Source of the DNA: Octopus sinensis
Taxonomy: Eukaryota
Assembly: GCF_006345805.1 (NCBI RefSeq)
Contig: NC_043018.1
Span: 3,782,001 to 3,846,000, forward strand
DNA length: 64,000 nt
Direction of reading: 5' to 3'
Part shown: positions 13,180-26,748 of the stretch, piece after piece
Layout: each line of letters begins with the position of its first letter
Numbering within the stretch: position 1 is the first letter of the stretch
The notes under the pieces: generated by a model
Database searches by the model: none
The model's input: the letters and a program-made list of their open reading frames with translations, nothing else
What the model was told of the DNA's origin: nothing
Translations under genes and position numbers: made by a program

Positions 13180-13900
13180 TTAACATAATACCTAATAATA
13201 CCAGAGACCTAAAAGTAATTGTTGACAACAGTCTCAGCTGGGGTGTCCACATCAACAATAAGGTCGGTATAGCTCGTAGGATGAGCTCCTGGATCCTAAG
13301 AACCTTCCGGTGTCATCATTCCTCTTTTCGCCTTCTTTGTACGGCCACACCTCGAATACTGTTAACCCCTATATAAAACAAAACATTTCGAAAACTTGAA
13401 TCACCCCAGAAGTCATTCACTAAAATAATTAAGGGTATGACTGATCTTGATTACTGGAACTTTATTCTCTCCAGCACCTCCGTGAGCGATACATCATTTG
13501 CACGATGTGGAGAATATACCACCAACATTACCTGAACGGCCTTAAATTTCATCGAAGGCTAGGATCACAGGCCATACGTCCCTTAATCAATTCAGGATCA
13601 CAACACATAAATACACTGCAACACAATTTCTTTTCTTCAACAGGCCCTGCCCTATTTAACATTGCCCCGAAACAGATCAAAGCGGAAAAGGATCCCATCA
13701 CCTTTAAACGGAATCTGGACAAATTTTTTCAAGGAATAGCAGATAAACCATCTATACATGGATACAACTCACTCAACAAGAACTCCCTATTCGAATAGAT
13801 CATGATCCCACAAAACTGGGCTTTAAAAGGATTTAGCTAATCCTATCAGGTGATGTTATTAAGTTAGACATGGCCTGGACCGGTCTTTGGTCGAAACATA
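13180..13900 (+). mobile_element. CR1-clade LINE 3' end, degenerate
   Basis: DLKVIVDNSLSW..HINNK..LFVRPHLEYC..LRERY..GPALFN..FKRNLDKF. Confidence 0.8.
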
Positions 13901-13925
13901 TCTAAGTTATCTATGTTATGTATGT

Positions 13926-13926
13926 A

Positions 13927-13983
<57 letters not shown>

Positions 13984-14038
13984 ATATATATATATATAAT
14001 ATATATATATATATATTATATATATATTATATATATAT

Positions 14039-14120
<82 letters not shown>

Positions 14121-14132
14121 ATATATATATAT
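13926..14132. repeat. (CA)n(TA)n compound microsatellite
   Basis: Direct reading. Confidence 0.95.
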
Positions 14133-14424
14133 GGAGGCGCAATGGCCCAGTGATTAGGGCAGCGGACTCGCGGTCGGAGGATCGCGGTTTCGATTCCCAG
14201 ACCGGGCGTTGTGAGTGTTTATTGAGCGAAAATACCTAAAGCTCCACGAGGCTCCGGCAGGGAGTGGTGGCGATCCCTGCTGTACTCTTTCGCCACAACT
14301 TTCTTTCACTCTTTCTTCTGTCGGCCTGCTCGCTTAGCCAGTGGGGTGGCGTCATTTGACGGCTAAAACAATGCGAAGCGCAGTGTGACCAGCGATGTGT
14401 AGCAACATCACGTGATCACGTGAT
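14133..14424 (+). mobile_element. tRNA(Arg)-like SINE family C; partial relative at ~48780-48990
   Basis: tggcccagtg A box, ggtttcgattcc B box, anticodon-like CTCGCGG, tail ggctaaaacaatgc..gtgaccagc. Confidence 0.75.
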
Positions 14425-14644
14425 ATATATATATATATACACTCAGTACTCCGTTGTCCACATTTCGTTCAGAAGATCAGGAAATCAGAAGTTGATGGAC
14501 CTAGGGACGTTATTGTCCCGAAGCTAAACAAACAACTAATAAAAGAAATACGAAAAATCGTCAGTAAAAATAAAACCTTCAACTCGAACACAGTCGTGTT
14601 TTCAGTTTAACGTATGTGTGAATGACAACCGAATGTATGTGCAC

Positions 14645-14687
<43 letters not shown>

Positions 14688-14802
14688 TTTATGTCTATGC
14701 TATTGGTTCATGCAACAGATTGCATTTGGCATGAAAAGGACCAGATTCATTTCATTTTATCTCTCTTTTGAGATATCTGCCTTTATCTTTCTATCTCTCT
14801 AT

Positions 14803-15010
14803 GTGGGGTGGGGCTGAAAAGTTCCTGACTTCGTGTAACAGAAAATACAGGAGAATCAGTTAATCATGATTAGATTCAAGGTATTTCCTTCTCAAATTCA
14901 CACTCTTATTACAGCGGTCCATCTGTTTTTCTAAGCCCCGTAGGGTTGGGCCTCCACCCAGGTCTTTTGCGACGCCTTTAAAGCCAGGAACTTTTCAGCA
15001 CCCCTTCGTA
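14803..15010. mobile_element. Same mariner MITE family
   Basis: gctgaaaagttcctg...caggaacttttcagcacccc. Confidence 0.75.
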
Positions 15011-15037
15011 ATTCTCTTTCCATCTTTCTCTCTCTCT

Positions 15038-15090
<53 letters not shown>

Positions 15091-15172
15091 TTCTCTTCTA
15101 GTTTACATCTATGTTTTGAGTTTCTTTTCTCGTGTTCACACACACACACTCACACACACATACACACACACA

Positions 15173-15249
<77 letters not shown>

Positions 15250-15819
15250 TCACACTCAAATACAAACAGTGTATCATATACAAAGCAAACTGTGGTTGGC
15301 AGCCAAACCGGAAGTGAGCTATATAGTCAAATCGCCAGGACAATGACATCAATTACTTACACTTAATCTGTACTTGTTCATTATATCAGGGTACGTGTCA
15401 CATGATAGTGGTCACATGATACTTTGGTTTCATGTCATAGACAAACTGATCATGACAACCCGAAAATCACTTTGATGCTGTTGCTGCTGCTGCAGCTGTT
15501 GCTGGTAAATTGTAGGTCATCTTTGAGCAATCAAACCTATGTTAAAAGCGTCCAAGACCTTGGACCATCCTGTGATCATCCTATATACAGGAACCTCGGG
15601 AAAAATATTTTCCAACGTGTCCTTTTCTGAGACGTTGGAATGAGGTTGTTTTCTGCTTTAGCTTCGATTCCATTCGTTGCAGCACAGCGACGATCTCAGA
15701 GACATTTGGCCAACCTATTTTCCCCCAAGCCCCACTATAACTTCCCAAAAAGATGTATTCCTCACCAGTGATTAGAAAAAGACAACTTTATTTTTAATAC
15801 CTTATATCACAGTTAAGGG

Positions 15820-16020
15820 CAGAGATCTGGTAGAATTGTTAGCATGCTTAGCGGCATTTCGTTTGTTTGTTTTTTTATGTTCTGAGTTCAAATGCTGCCG
15901 TGATCGACTTTTCCTTTCATTGTTTCGGGGTCGATGAAATATATACCAGTTGAGTATTGGGATCGGCTTACCCACCTGAGCTACCCTGAACTTGTTGGTC
16001 TTGTGCTAAAATTTGAAACT
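15820..16020 (+). mobile_element. SINE family A
   Basis: Core and aaatttgaaac end. Confidence 0.75.
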
Positions 16021-16329
16021 AATATAGAAATAATACATTTCTAAATCTCTCGTTTTATCACAATTATTTTATACAAAAATTTACTGGTAACTCTTTTAAT
16101 AAGCAGTGAATATAATAAAAAAATGTACATTATTGACTTTTAAAAAATGGTTTTCACAATTCTATGTCCCACTAAAAAGGAAAAGAAACAAAACATTGGA
16201 TTCCACGCCCCACCACAATGTTTCTAGGCCCCACGAATGGGGCGTATACCCTGCGTCGGGTATCACTTCATTAGGCTTTATGCTACCTTCCATTACATTT
16301 GACATTTCCCTAATGCCATTCCGTTTTCA

Positions 16330-16580
16330 AATTCTTCTACTTCATCCTTTGCTTTTCAGTCATTGGACTGCGACCATAGTAGCCACCACCCGCACCCGCG
16401 CCCGCTCGCCTTCGAGGATTTCAGTCGAACGAATTGACCCCGGTATTCATTTTTTTTAAAGCTTGGTACTTATTCCATCGGTCCCTTTTGCCGAACCGCT
16501 GGCTTATGGAGACGTAAACAAGCCAACGACTGTTGTCAAGCTGTGGTGCGAGACAAACATAAGCCCAAAGGCACCACACA
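16330..16580 (-). mobile_element. SINE family B 3' half
   Basis: cttttcagtcattggactgcg..cttttgccgaaccgct. Confidence 0.65.
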
Positions 16581-16597
16581 CACACATCATATATGTA

Positions 16598-18060
16598 TTG
16601 GGTCGGCCAAACATTTCGTTCGACCTTTTTAAGCGAAAATAAGACAACTTTTTAATCACAAAGTTTGACAATAATCACGATTCCTTCTTTCAGGAACAGC
16701 TTGTTGTCTTGGTGGACGGTCCACAGCGCTGGAGAGCAGAACTGATTAAAGTTGTGGTTGAGAAAAGTTAGCTGACACGCGGAACAGGCAGCCCCCTGAA
16801 TACTGTTCGTGTCTGTGCTCCCAACAACCGCCTAACAACCCGTGTTGGATTGCTTGCGTCCCCGTAACTTAGCGGTTCTGCAATAGAAACCGATAAGATG
16901 AGTACTGGGGCCAGTTCGTTCGATTAAAACCCTCCAAATTCGGCCCCCGAACAGCCTGTTATTACCGTTTCACTCCAGCATCTTTCCCCACCTTGTGGAC
17001 TGGTTCATTATTCCCTGCTCAAAATATTTGCTGTCTTTGCTGACGAAAAACTCGCCCTGATGAAGTTTTAAATCCTCTTCTGTATTGAAAGTTTGGCCAT
17101 TCAATGAATTTCGAAAAGACTGAAACTGGTAGAAATCTGAAAGCGCAAGGTCGGCCGAATATAAAAGGCGAAGTAAAACTTGCCAGCCAAACCCCAATAA
17201 CTCCTGCCGTGTCTGCAAAGAAGTGTACGGTTTGGCATTGTCGTAATTTAAGACTGTACTTTCGCGATTAGCAACTGCTGGACGCTACTGGTGCATCGCT
17301 GCGTTTAATTTGTCCCACTGGTTACAGTCCACATCTAAACTGACGATCCCGTCCGCGAGAAGAAGCTCATAAAAGGCAACACCCTTCCAATCGGGCTAAA
17401 TTAAAAGCATAACCTTCTTCGGTTGAAGACCTACTGTAGAGCTTGGTTGTGTTGGTTTACCGCGATCCTCACCATAATCCTCTGCACTGCACATTGTTAT
17501 CGACAATCCATTTTTCGTCCCCTGTCACTAGTCTTTTTTTTTAAAAAAAGGAAGGGGGGGTCGCCTTTTTCATGTTTCTGCAACGAATCGCAGGGTTGGG
17601 CAAGGTTAGCTTCATTCACCTGATGTGAAACCCAAACATCGAGCCTGCTCACATAAGCAAGTTCATGCAGACAGTTTTCAACACTCGATTTAGTTATTTG
17701 GAAAATATCTGTGATCATACCAGTCGTATAACGAGAGTTGGTGCTGACAAAACTCCTTCATTTTATCCTGTTGTAAATCTCAGTTGGTTGTCTAGAACAA
17801 GATGCATCTTGAATGGAAAAATTTACCAATCGAAATCATGAAAATTACTTCTGGCACATATGTTCCATAACAGAATCTTCTCTGTGCACAGCGCATATTT
17901 TTTCTGCAGGTTTCTGCGGTTTCCTTGTCTCTTTAAAAAAAAGCTTGAGGTATCGATAATGTTCGTTTTGGTTCCCCATTTTCAAGGTGATCACAAACAC
18001 ACAAAATACAAACTGTTTGGTCGCAAGTTTACGTCGAATTTCATTGAAGTGTCAAGTATC
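16598..18060 (-). mobile_element. Degenerate near-full-length mariner; transposase pseudogene ~16960-17979, SINE inserted at ~16700-16930
   Basis: MGNQNEHYRY..ICAV N-terminus; VWVSH..FL; YSADLALSDF C-terminus; TA-flanked TIR-like end ttgggtcggccaaa at 16598. Confidence 0.85.
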
Positions 18061-18095
18061 AAACGAGTGCGCATTCCCAAGGGACATAAATGACC

Positions 18096-18657
18096 TGTAG
18101 GGACACCGTATTTCGTTATGAAACTGCAATATACTACAGCATATATTAAACATTTTTTATAAGTCAATATTGTGTTCTACTGTGTTAGCAGTGCTATAGC
18201 CAGCAGTGACTTTGTTATGACGTTTCGTATCTGAGCTGCCAGGTGTAAACAACAATAATGAGATCAAAGCTGGAAGTGGGTAAAGAGTGTATATGTCATA
18301 TTTCGGGAGTTTTTGCTCCTCCTTAAGTACCACATCCGACCCATTAATCATCCGCAAACACATTGCTTAAATAACCACTAAATACTGCAGTGTAAAGTTA
18401 TTGGATTGACCAGTTTTACATATCAAACACATTCCTGGAAGTTGGTACTTAAACATTAATGACCTGCAGGCCACAGATACAAAACGTCGTTAGAAATCGG
18501 TGCTGGCAACAAACTTATATAGAAATTCTGTAGAGATAACCTTAGCAAATGATGTAATAGCACTGCTAACACAGTAGAACACAGTATTGACTTATAGAAA
18601 CGTTTAACATACTTTGTAGTATATTGTGGTTGCTTAACGAAATACGGTGTCCTTACA
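18096..18657. mobile_element. MITE with ~100 bp terminal inverted repeats
   Basis: tgtagggacaccgtatttcgtta..gcagtgcta vs tagcactgc..taacgaaatacggtgtccttaca. Confidence 0.75.
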
Positions 18658-18844
18658 CGCCATTAATATTTACAAACAGACAGAAAGACAGACAGACAGG
18701 AAATGAATAAAACAAGCATGTTTGAAGTGAAATATGCAAATATAGAGGAAGAAGAAATAAACAACGACCACATTCAGACGAATTGAACATATATTTTGTC
18801 ATCGTTTTATTATATTATATCCTGAACAGTCTACAATATGTTAC

Positions 18845-18958
18845 CGGCGATGTTATGTTGATGAACGTCTGCTGTTGGTGCTGATATCGACATGTCGTCT
18901 GCTACATCGTCTGCGGCGCCTGTCAGCCTGTCGTCTGCTGCTGCTGCAATAGTTTGCA
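18845..18958 (-). CDS. Orphan candidate exon (VQTIAAAADDRLTGAADDVADDMSISAPTADVHQHNIAG), unknown gene
   Basis: ctaat branch-like site + cgcag acceptor, GTAAC donor, 114 nt symmetric phase 1-1, open frame, GC-richer than flanks; no homology recognised. Confidence 0.35.
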
Positions 18959-19489
18959 CTGCGTAATGTATTAGTTACAGTATGCAGTACTAATTGCACA
19001 GGTAACATAAAACAAACTATAGCCTTTACTTATTTGACTAATATCACTTTTGCTTCTTTTTTTTTTTCAATGTTGCCACTGACAAACATACTGGTATGCT
19101 CTTTTCAGTCATTTCAAGTGTCAACTTTTGCCATTTGTTTTATTTTTAACCAGCTGTTGACAAATAAGAAATTATATATATATGACAATGAATGTGTGTG
19201 TGTGTGTGTAGGTAAGTCTATTTGTTTGTGAGTCAGTTTGTATGGGTGAGGTGATCTCTTGGCGTGTGCATTTGTTTGTGAATCAAGGTAGATTGAATAT
19301 CAGAAAATATCAGAAAACAGGGATAAGAAGAGAAGAAAAAGCAATGATTGAATGGGTGTGGTATTGAATTCTGACGACCAGTCACGCCCGAAGATTTAAC
19401 TAAATGTTTCTGATATTTTTGTCTGTGGTTCAAACCGTTGGTGCTTATCAAATATTGTCTTTGAATTACGAAACAATGCGATTTTCACA

Positions 19490-19493
19490 TTTA

Positions 19494-19551
<58 letters not shown>

Positions 19552-19652
19552 TACTATTATATTATTATTATTATTATTATTACTATTACTATTATTATTA
19601 TTATATTATTATTATTATTATTATTATTACTATTATATTATTATTATTATTA

Positions 19653-19700
<48 letters not shown>

Positions 19701-19776
19701 TATTATCATCATTATTATTATTACTATTATTATTTTTATTATTATTATATTATTATTATTATTATCATCATCATCA

Positions 19777-19852
<76 letters not shown>

Positions 19853-19927
19853 CATCATATTATTATTACTATTATTATTTTTATTATATTATTATTATTA
19901 TTATTATTATTATTATCATCATCATCA

Positions 19928-19958
<31 letters not shown>

Positions 19959-19992
19959 AATTATTATTATTATTATCATTATTATTATATTA

Positions 19993-20049
<57 letters not shown>

Positions 20050-20060
20050 CATTATTATTC
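19490..20060. repeat. ~570 bp (TTA)n array with TCA/CTA variants
   Basis: Direct reading. Confidence 0.95.
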
Positions 20061-20061
20061 A

Positions 20062-20605
20062 GTAGTTTTATTTTTATATCGTGCTTTCACTTCACTACCG
20101 AGCGCAGCTCTGTGTGCCTTGGGTATGTGCTGTGATTTGTTGTGATGCTCTGATGGTTACTGTATGGAAAGTGTTCTGCGTAGGATGTGTGCAGTGCCTA
20201 GTAGTGCAATTTTCTGTATGTTATGTGTTTTTAAGTCCTGGTGTTTTTGTTATGTATTTGTCTGAATATTTTTTTATCATACCTAATGCACCTACTATGA
20301 TAGGAATTGTTTCTGTTTTTAGATTCCACATTCTGGTTACCTTTATTTCCAGGTCTTTGTATTTTGAGAGTTTCTCCATTTCTTTTAGAGACACGTTGTC
20401 ATCTGCCGGTATTGATATATCAATTAGAAAGCATTTTTTTTTTCTTCACGATCTCTGACAACTATATCTAGTCTGTTGGCCTTAATTTCTCTATCTGTGT
20501 GTATTGGCATATCCCAGAGTATGGTTGCTTTCTCGTTTTCTGTGACCTTTTCTGGTGTGTGCCTATACCATCTTTTTTTGTTGTTATTCCATAGCAAGAG
20601 CTCCA
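20062..20605 (-). mobile_element. R4/Dong-like 3' end (REL domain)
   Basis: WYRHTPEKVTENEKATILWD..DREIKANRLDI..CFLIDISIPAD..KLSKYKDLEI..IVGALG..KIALLGTAHILRRTL; tail runs into (TAA)n at 19490-20060. Confidence 0.85.
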
Positions 20606-20805
20606 GAACTTACAAGTATATATAGCATACATAAAAATAGCACTACTAGGCACCGCACACATCCTACGTAAAACACTTTCAATACAATAAAAATAAGAGC
20701 GTCACAACAAACCACAGCACATACCCGAGGCACACAGAGCTGCGCTCGGTAGTGCAATGAAAGCACGTGATAAAAATAAGACTGCTGAATACAATAATAA
20801 TAATG
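20606..20805 (+). mobile_element. Second R4/Dong-like 3' end of the same family, opposite orientation
   Basis: ..ALLGTAHILRKTLSIQ* plus the same 3'UTR and AAT tail. Confidence 0.8.
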
Positions 20806-21159
20806 CTGTGAAGTATTCGGAGTTTCTGATAAACTCATCGTCATAAATGCGTCGGTTGAAATTTCATCACAAGATAATGACGAATTTTTATAACGTATTT
20901 AAGTCTCAGACAACTTTTGTTCTATATTTATGATCCAACCACTTTCTAGACCTCAGTCGATTGATTTGTCTGATCAACATACAGCGATTAATCAACGAAG
21001 CTACCTCTTGGAAGATGATGATGACTGAAAGAGCACTTTACGAAGAAGCTGTAGTCTTTCATCTTCCAGGTAAGATGAGAAGTCTTTTGTTATCATCACC
21101 TGTAACTATTTTATCTTACTGATAAATGGCAAGAAAAACTTCTCAATGACAAATACCCA

Positions 21160-21860
21160 AAGATAGCTAATAATGCCGATGTTGACAAAGCCCTTACCCA
21201 TCAATTGTTAGTGGCTTCTGGCTTAAAATCAGAAACAGAGGGGTGGGAACATAAAAACCACCTCCAGTGCGTGAAAAGGATCACATCTCTCTCCTCTGGA
21301 ATTTCACCGTTCAAACTGACAGAAAGATAGATGCAAATAGGCCAGACATTATATTGAAAGATTTCAGACAAAAATCATGCCTCCTCATTGATATGATTGT
21401 CCCAATCGATATAAACGTATCTGTCAAGACCTACCAAAAACTGAGCAAATATAAAGATATTCAAATAGAAGTTAGCAAAATGTGGAACCTCAAGACTAAA
21501 ACAATACCTGTTGTCATAGGTACCCTAGGAATGATAGCAAAAGGGGCTGATTGCTACCTAGCTCAGATACCAGGGAACCACAAAATGGCAGAAATTCAAA
21601 AGATAGTGCTCATGGGAACTGCCCTTATCCTACGTAAAATACTGTCTATGTAATCTAAAATTTTAAAACAAAATTATAATTTTCTTGTGTTTCTTAAATA
21701 TTCTCTAGAACAATTCTATGTGCAAAACCAAATATATGACACCCTAGGCATAATACCAACATGAACTTCTAACTTGTTCTCTTGAGATCTCTGGGTGAGA
21801 CTTGGAGCCAACTTGTACAAACACAAAGCAAAGGTCAAACATATAATAATAATAATGATT
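21160..21860 (+). mobile_element. R4/Dong-like 3' end with internal deletion
   Basis: ORF 21267-21653: LLWNFTVQTDRKIDANRPDII..LIDMIVP..KLSKYKD..VIGTLG..LMGTALILRKIL; AAT tail. Confidence 0.85.
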
Positions 21861-22119
21861 ATTATTATTATTTTCTGCAGGATCCCTCCCACCTCTCCGT
21901 TCTAAGGGTCTTCTTCATTTTCCTCAGTTTAAATTTTCTAAAATCTAAATCCAAATCCACCCAATAGGATTGAATAGAATTGTTCTCCTTGTTACGTGAG
22001 TCAAGATGAATGAAAGGAAGCCATTTCTGCTTCTTGTAAACTTTTGTAAGTTGGTGTCTCTCTATGGCAGATTCTTGGTTTCACGTCATCCGATGATCAA
22101 TTGCGATGGCGAGTTTAAC

Positions 22120-23125
22120 TATCGTGGAACTACTGGTCACAATCACTTGCTGCATTACATTGATTATGTAGGCCAACAAAAAAATTATTTTCTCTGTTGT
22201 CAAAAAATTTAGACCTGGATTAGAGATTTTTTGATACAGAATCCGAAAATGGATATCTATTTAACATCATGTCAAGATTTTACGATACTGGATCTAGAGA
22301 ATTTCATTGCTTATTTCCAATAAATCAACTTATGAGGAACAAACATAAACAAAATTGGTTTTCTTCAAAACTAGAATACTTACGTAAAATTCTATTAAAA
22401 CGTTAGTAAAAATCTTAAAATTTCATGCAGAAAATTACATCATTTTTTATGCCTGATTACTCATGAATTAGCATTTGGAGGATTTTCTTGAGAACTGAAC
22501 CTCAATTAGATCTCGAACCAAGTTCCAGCAATAGTTCACCATCATATGCAAGATCTGTCTATTTTGATGCCTTTGTCCCAGTTCTCCCTGCTCGTCACTT
22601 GTGCCACCAAGATTTTCAAGCAATTTATCAAAGGTGACAGTGAAGGTAGTGGAGCGGTATGTTCATATTTGCTCTCAAATTTTGAAAGTTCTCTACCATG
22701 TTGTCGACTATTTCGGCATATCTGGCCGCTTTCTTGTTACTCAGAAAATTATTTATAACTTTTCCAAATAAATTCAATGCTGCTGCTTCAAATCAATTCA
22801 TTGTATTTACAGAGTACCCATCTTTCATTAATTTTTTGATTTGAGGCCATCAAATACTCCAGATTTTATTGGTTTAATGCTCAGACAAGCAAATATACCG
22901 CAGATATTGTGAAAACATGATTTGTCTTTATCCAGAGCTTTTAATAATCTGCTTCATAATACGAATGATTTTTTTTTTCCCCGTTTGAACTAAATGCTCT
23001 TCAACCACATTAAAAGACCCTGAAACTAATATTCGCTGCGGCCATGTTTTACCTTGGCTCTGCTGTCCCGCTCAGATGGGTATTTGATATAAGCACTTTG
23101 TTGCTCCAGGAGAAAATTAACTCAC
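22120..23125 (-). mobile_element. Sola2-like DNA transposase remnant
   Basis: Manual translation: LLEQQSAYIKYP..DSRA; GVFDGPQIKKLMKD; LHYLHCHL..ENLGGTSDEQGE; MMVNYCWNLVRD. Family assignment from recall. Confidence 0.6.
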
Positions 23126-23199
23126 TGTTAATAGCGGCGTTTAGGTATCGTGAAATCTAGATGTGACGGTAAAAAAGGATTCCATTTTTGGATTCAGCA

Positions 23200-24115
23200 T
23201 ATACATGCACACATACACACACACACATACATACATACATATACACATGCACACATACACACATGCACACATACATACAAACATACATACATACATACAT
23301 ACATACATACAAACATACATACATACATACATACATACATACATACATACATACATACATACATACATACAGACAGACATACATACATACATACATACAT
23401 ACATACATACATCATACATACATACATACATACAGACACATACATACAGACACATACATACATACATACATACATACATACAGACAGACAGACATACATA
23501 CATACAAACATACATACATACATACATACATACATACATACATACATACATACATACATACATACATACATACAGACAGACATACATACATACATACATA
23601 CATACATACAGACAGACATACATACATACATACATACATACATACATACATACATACATACATACAGACAGACATACATACATACATACATACATACATA
23701 CATACATACATACATACATACATACATACATACATACATACATACAGACAGACATACATACATATATACATACATACATACATACATACATACATACATA
23801 CATACATACATACATACATACATACATACATACATACATACATACATACATACATACAGACAGACATACATACATACATACATACATACATACAGACAGA
23901 CATACATACATACATACATACATACATACATACATACATACATACATACATACAGACAGACATACATACATACATACATACATACATACATACATACATA
24001 CATACATACATACATACAACAGACAGACATACATACATACATACATACATACATACATACATACATACATACATACAGACAGACAGACAGACAGACAGAC
24101 ATACATACATACATG
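23200..24115. repeat. ~900 bp (CATA)n with CAGA variants
   Basis: Direct reading. Confidence 0.95.
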
Positions 24116-24264
24116 CATGCTGACTCAAGATTTTGTCTGTCTCTTTTAGAGAAGTGCATAAAAAAATATATCAATAATTTACTGATTATAAGCAACCTAA
24201 TATGCACGTCACATGTACACTAATACATCTATATATATATATATATGTATAAATATATATATGC

Positions 24265-24316
<52 letters not shown>

Positions 24317-24599
24317 GCAAATGTATATATGTGTGTGTTGACCTTAAGCTTAGTGAAAAGAAATCATTGCACGCTTATATCGATCCCCCGTCCAAATATA
24401 CACATAAATGTGTGCGTGCGCTCGGTGTAGCAGGTGCTATCAATTTGTTCGCTTATCTATCCATCTACCTACCTTCCTACCTACCTACCTATCTACCTAC
24501 CTACCTACCTGCCTACCCACTTATTACTCCACGTCCACAACTACCTAAAGGCCTAACTGATCTCCATTAAACCACCTATCTACCTATCTATCTGTCTGT

Positions 24600-24795
24600 A
24601 TGTATGTATGTGTCTTTGTCTGTCTGTCTCTATCTATACATATACCACACATTGTATAAATTATGTATGTATATATGTAAGTATGTATGTATGTATGTGT
24701 GTGTATGTATGTATGTATGTATGTATGTATGTATGTATGTATGTATGTATGTATGTATGTATGTATGTATGTATGTATGTATGTATGCATGTATG
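24600..24795. repeat. (TATG)n
   Basis: Direct reading. Confidence 0.9.
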
Positions 24796-24934
24796 TTTGT
24801 AGACACTTGGTCACTCAACGAGGCGAAAAGCAAAACCCGTCGAAGGGTGGATGAACTCAGTAGAATCAACGGCCATCCAACAACTGGGTGTAATAGACTC
24901 TTAGCTTTTGTTTAGAAATCTCTCAGGAGAACCG

Positions 24935-26268
24935 GGATCTGTTCAGTTTAGTTCACAGATATTTTAATAAGTTTCTTTTAACTAAACAGTTTGAAACTTC
25001 GTATACTAGTGAAATTTCTCACGCAAAACACAGTTTACTTTGAACATTTTTGACAAAATTTCGTATTTTAGAAGTTATTTCGTGTTAAAGTTGTCGTATT
25101 TGGGTAATTTCAACCAATCAACGACGTGTATTCAGTTGAAGAAAGCTACTGCTGTTTGCGATAGTAATCGAAGAGGAACAACTTCCGAATCATCTCTACT
25201 AAATATCACCACTCTGTTCTATTCGTATGTCGAGCGAAGACGATGCCGCCTTTATCCTTTCTTCCTTTCTAGTCAGCACCGTGCATTCATTACTCTTTCC
25301 CTCTCTACTGGCAGACAGCCACTTCTACACTATCAACTAGCAACTAGCGAGCGAACTTGTCATTGCAGCTACAATTATCGTATTTTCCCGTGTATAAGGC
25401 GCTATTTTTTTACCTGGACAATGTAGAGTGCGGCTTATAGAAAAGGGCGTCTAATATGTGTACTTTTTGATAAATTTTAGGAGGAAAATAATTTGTGTTT
25501 GGATATCGACTGATTCCACTGATTTTTTTCAGAGGAAAGGTCTGTTGGTGAACAACGCGAAAGACTACAGCCACAGAACATTGGTGCCTGGAAGAAAACA
25601 AAGCATATTTGTTTTGTTTTACCTTCATGCTTTGATAATGTTATTTTAAATCTAATAAAAACTTTTATATTGACGAAATGTGTTTGTTGTTGATTACAGT
25701 AAGAGAAAATCATAACCATAACAATACATCTCATAGTTGGAAGATAAGGCATTTTGAAACTAAAAACACGCCAACAACAAAAAAGCTAGCTGCGGACTCG
25801 TAGCTCTACAGGTCTTTTAAACACCGGTGCGCTTTACGTGTGGATAAAACACCGGTGTCGGGCAAACGAATAAATAATATTTCTTCTTTCTTGGTGTTGA
25901 TTCTTCGATGTTTACTGGTTACTCCGATGCGAGAAAAAAAAAGCGTGTAATATGCAGTAAACAGTAAACAAAAAATAAAACAGAACATAATGGTGACATT
26001 TAGTAGAGATGACCCGGAAGTTGTTCCTCTTCGATTACTATCGCAAACAGCAGTAGCTTTCTTCAAATGAATACACGTCGTTGATTGGTTGAAATTACCC
26101 AAATACATCTTTAACACGAAATAACTTCTAAGATACGAAATTTTGTCAAAAATGTTCAAAGTAAACCGTGTTCTGCGTGAGAAATTCCACCACTATACGA
26201 AGTTTCAAACTGTTTAGTTAAAAAATAATTAATTAAAAAATCTGTGCGCCAAACTACTGAATAGATCC
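24935..26268. mobile_element. ~1.33 kb non-autonomous DNA element with ~280 bp TIRs; possible nested Tc2/pogo-like piece from ~25377
   Basis: 24935-25215 is the reverse complement of ~25980-26268; internal cgtattttcccgtgtataaggcg resembles a Tc2-type TIR. Confidence 0.8.
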
Positions 26269-26542
26269 AAGAAGGAAATTCTAAAATACCATTCGTCTCG
26301 TTGCAAAGCCAGAAATCTAGTGATTGCTTGTTTCTGGATTTCTTGATTGTGTAGGTGTGTGTGTGAGAGTGAGAGAGGGAAAAGGAGAGAAAGTGAGAGA
26401 TAGTGGAGAGATAGGAGAGAGAGGGAGTGAGGGGAGAGAAAAAGTCTTAACGGTGTTGTGTAAGCTGTCATTCACTTTAAATAGCAGTACGGTCATTGCC
26501 AACAGTCATTGCCTTCAGTATCTCTAATAGAATAAATGAATC

Positions 26543-26748
26543 GAGCTGGCCGAATGGTTAACCCACTGGACAAAATGTTTCGCGGCATTTCATCCGTCTT
26601 TACGTTCAGCGTTCGAATTCCGCCGATGTCGACTTTGCCCATCATCCTTTCGGTGTTCGATGGAATAAATACTAGTTGAGCACTGGGATCGATGTAAGCG
26701 ATTTAACCCCTCTCCGAAATTGCTGGCCTTGTGCAAAAATTTGAAACC
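26543..26748 (+). mobile_element. SINE family A
   Basis: Head, core and aaatttgaaacc end. Confidence 0.8.

Noticed and set aside
14133-14205. tRNA genes at SINE heads (also 11872, 37316, 63524)
   Set aside because: No complete cloverleaf or acceptor stem; they continue into SINE bodies.
19404-20135. 243 aa L/Y/I-rich ORF
   Set aside because: Translation of the TTA array.
21005-21070. Stem-loop tggaagatga..tcatcttcca
   Set aside because: Single hairpin with no ribozyme core or other support.
23141-24223. Several 240-357 aa ORFs on both strands
   Set aside because: Stop-free translations of (CATA)n; the same applies to ORFs at 12597-13157, 49000-49550 and other CA/TA tracts.
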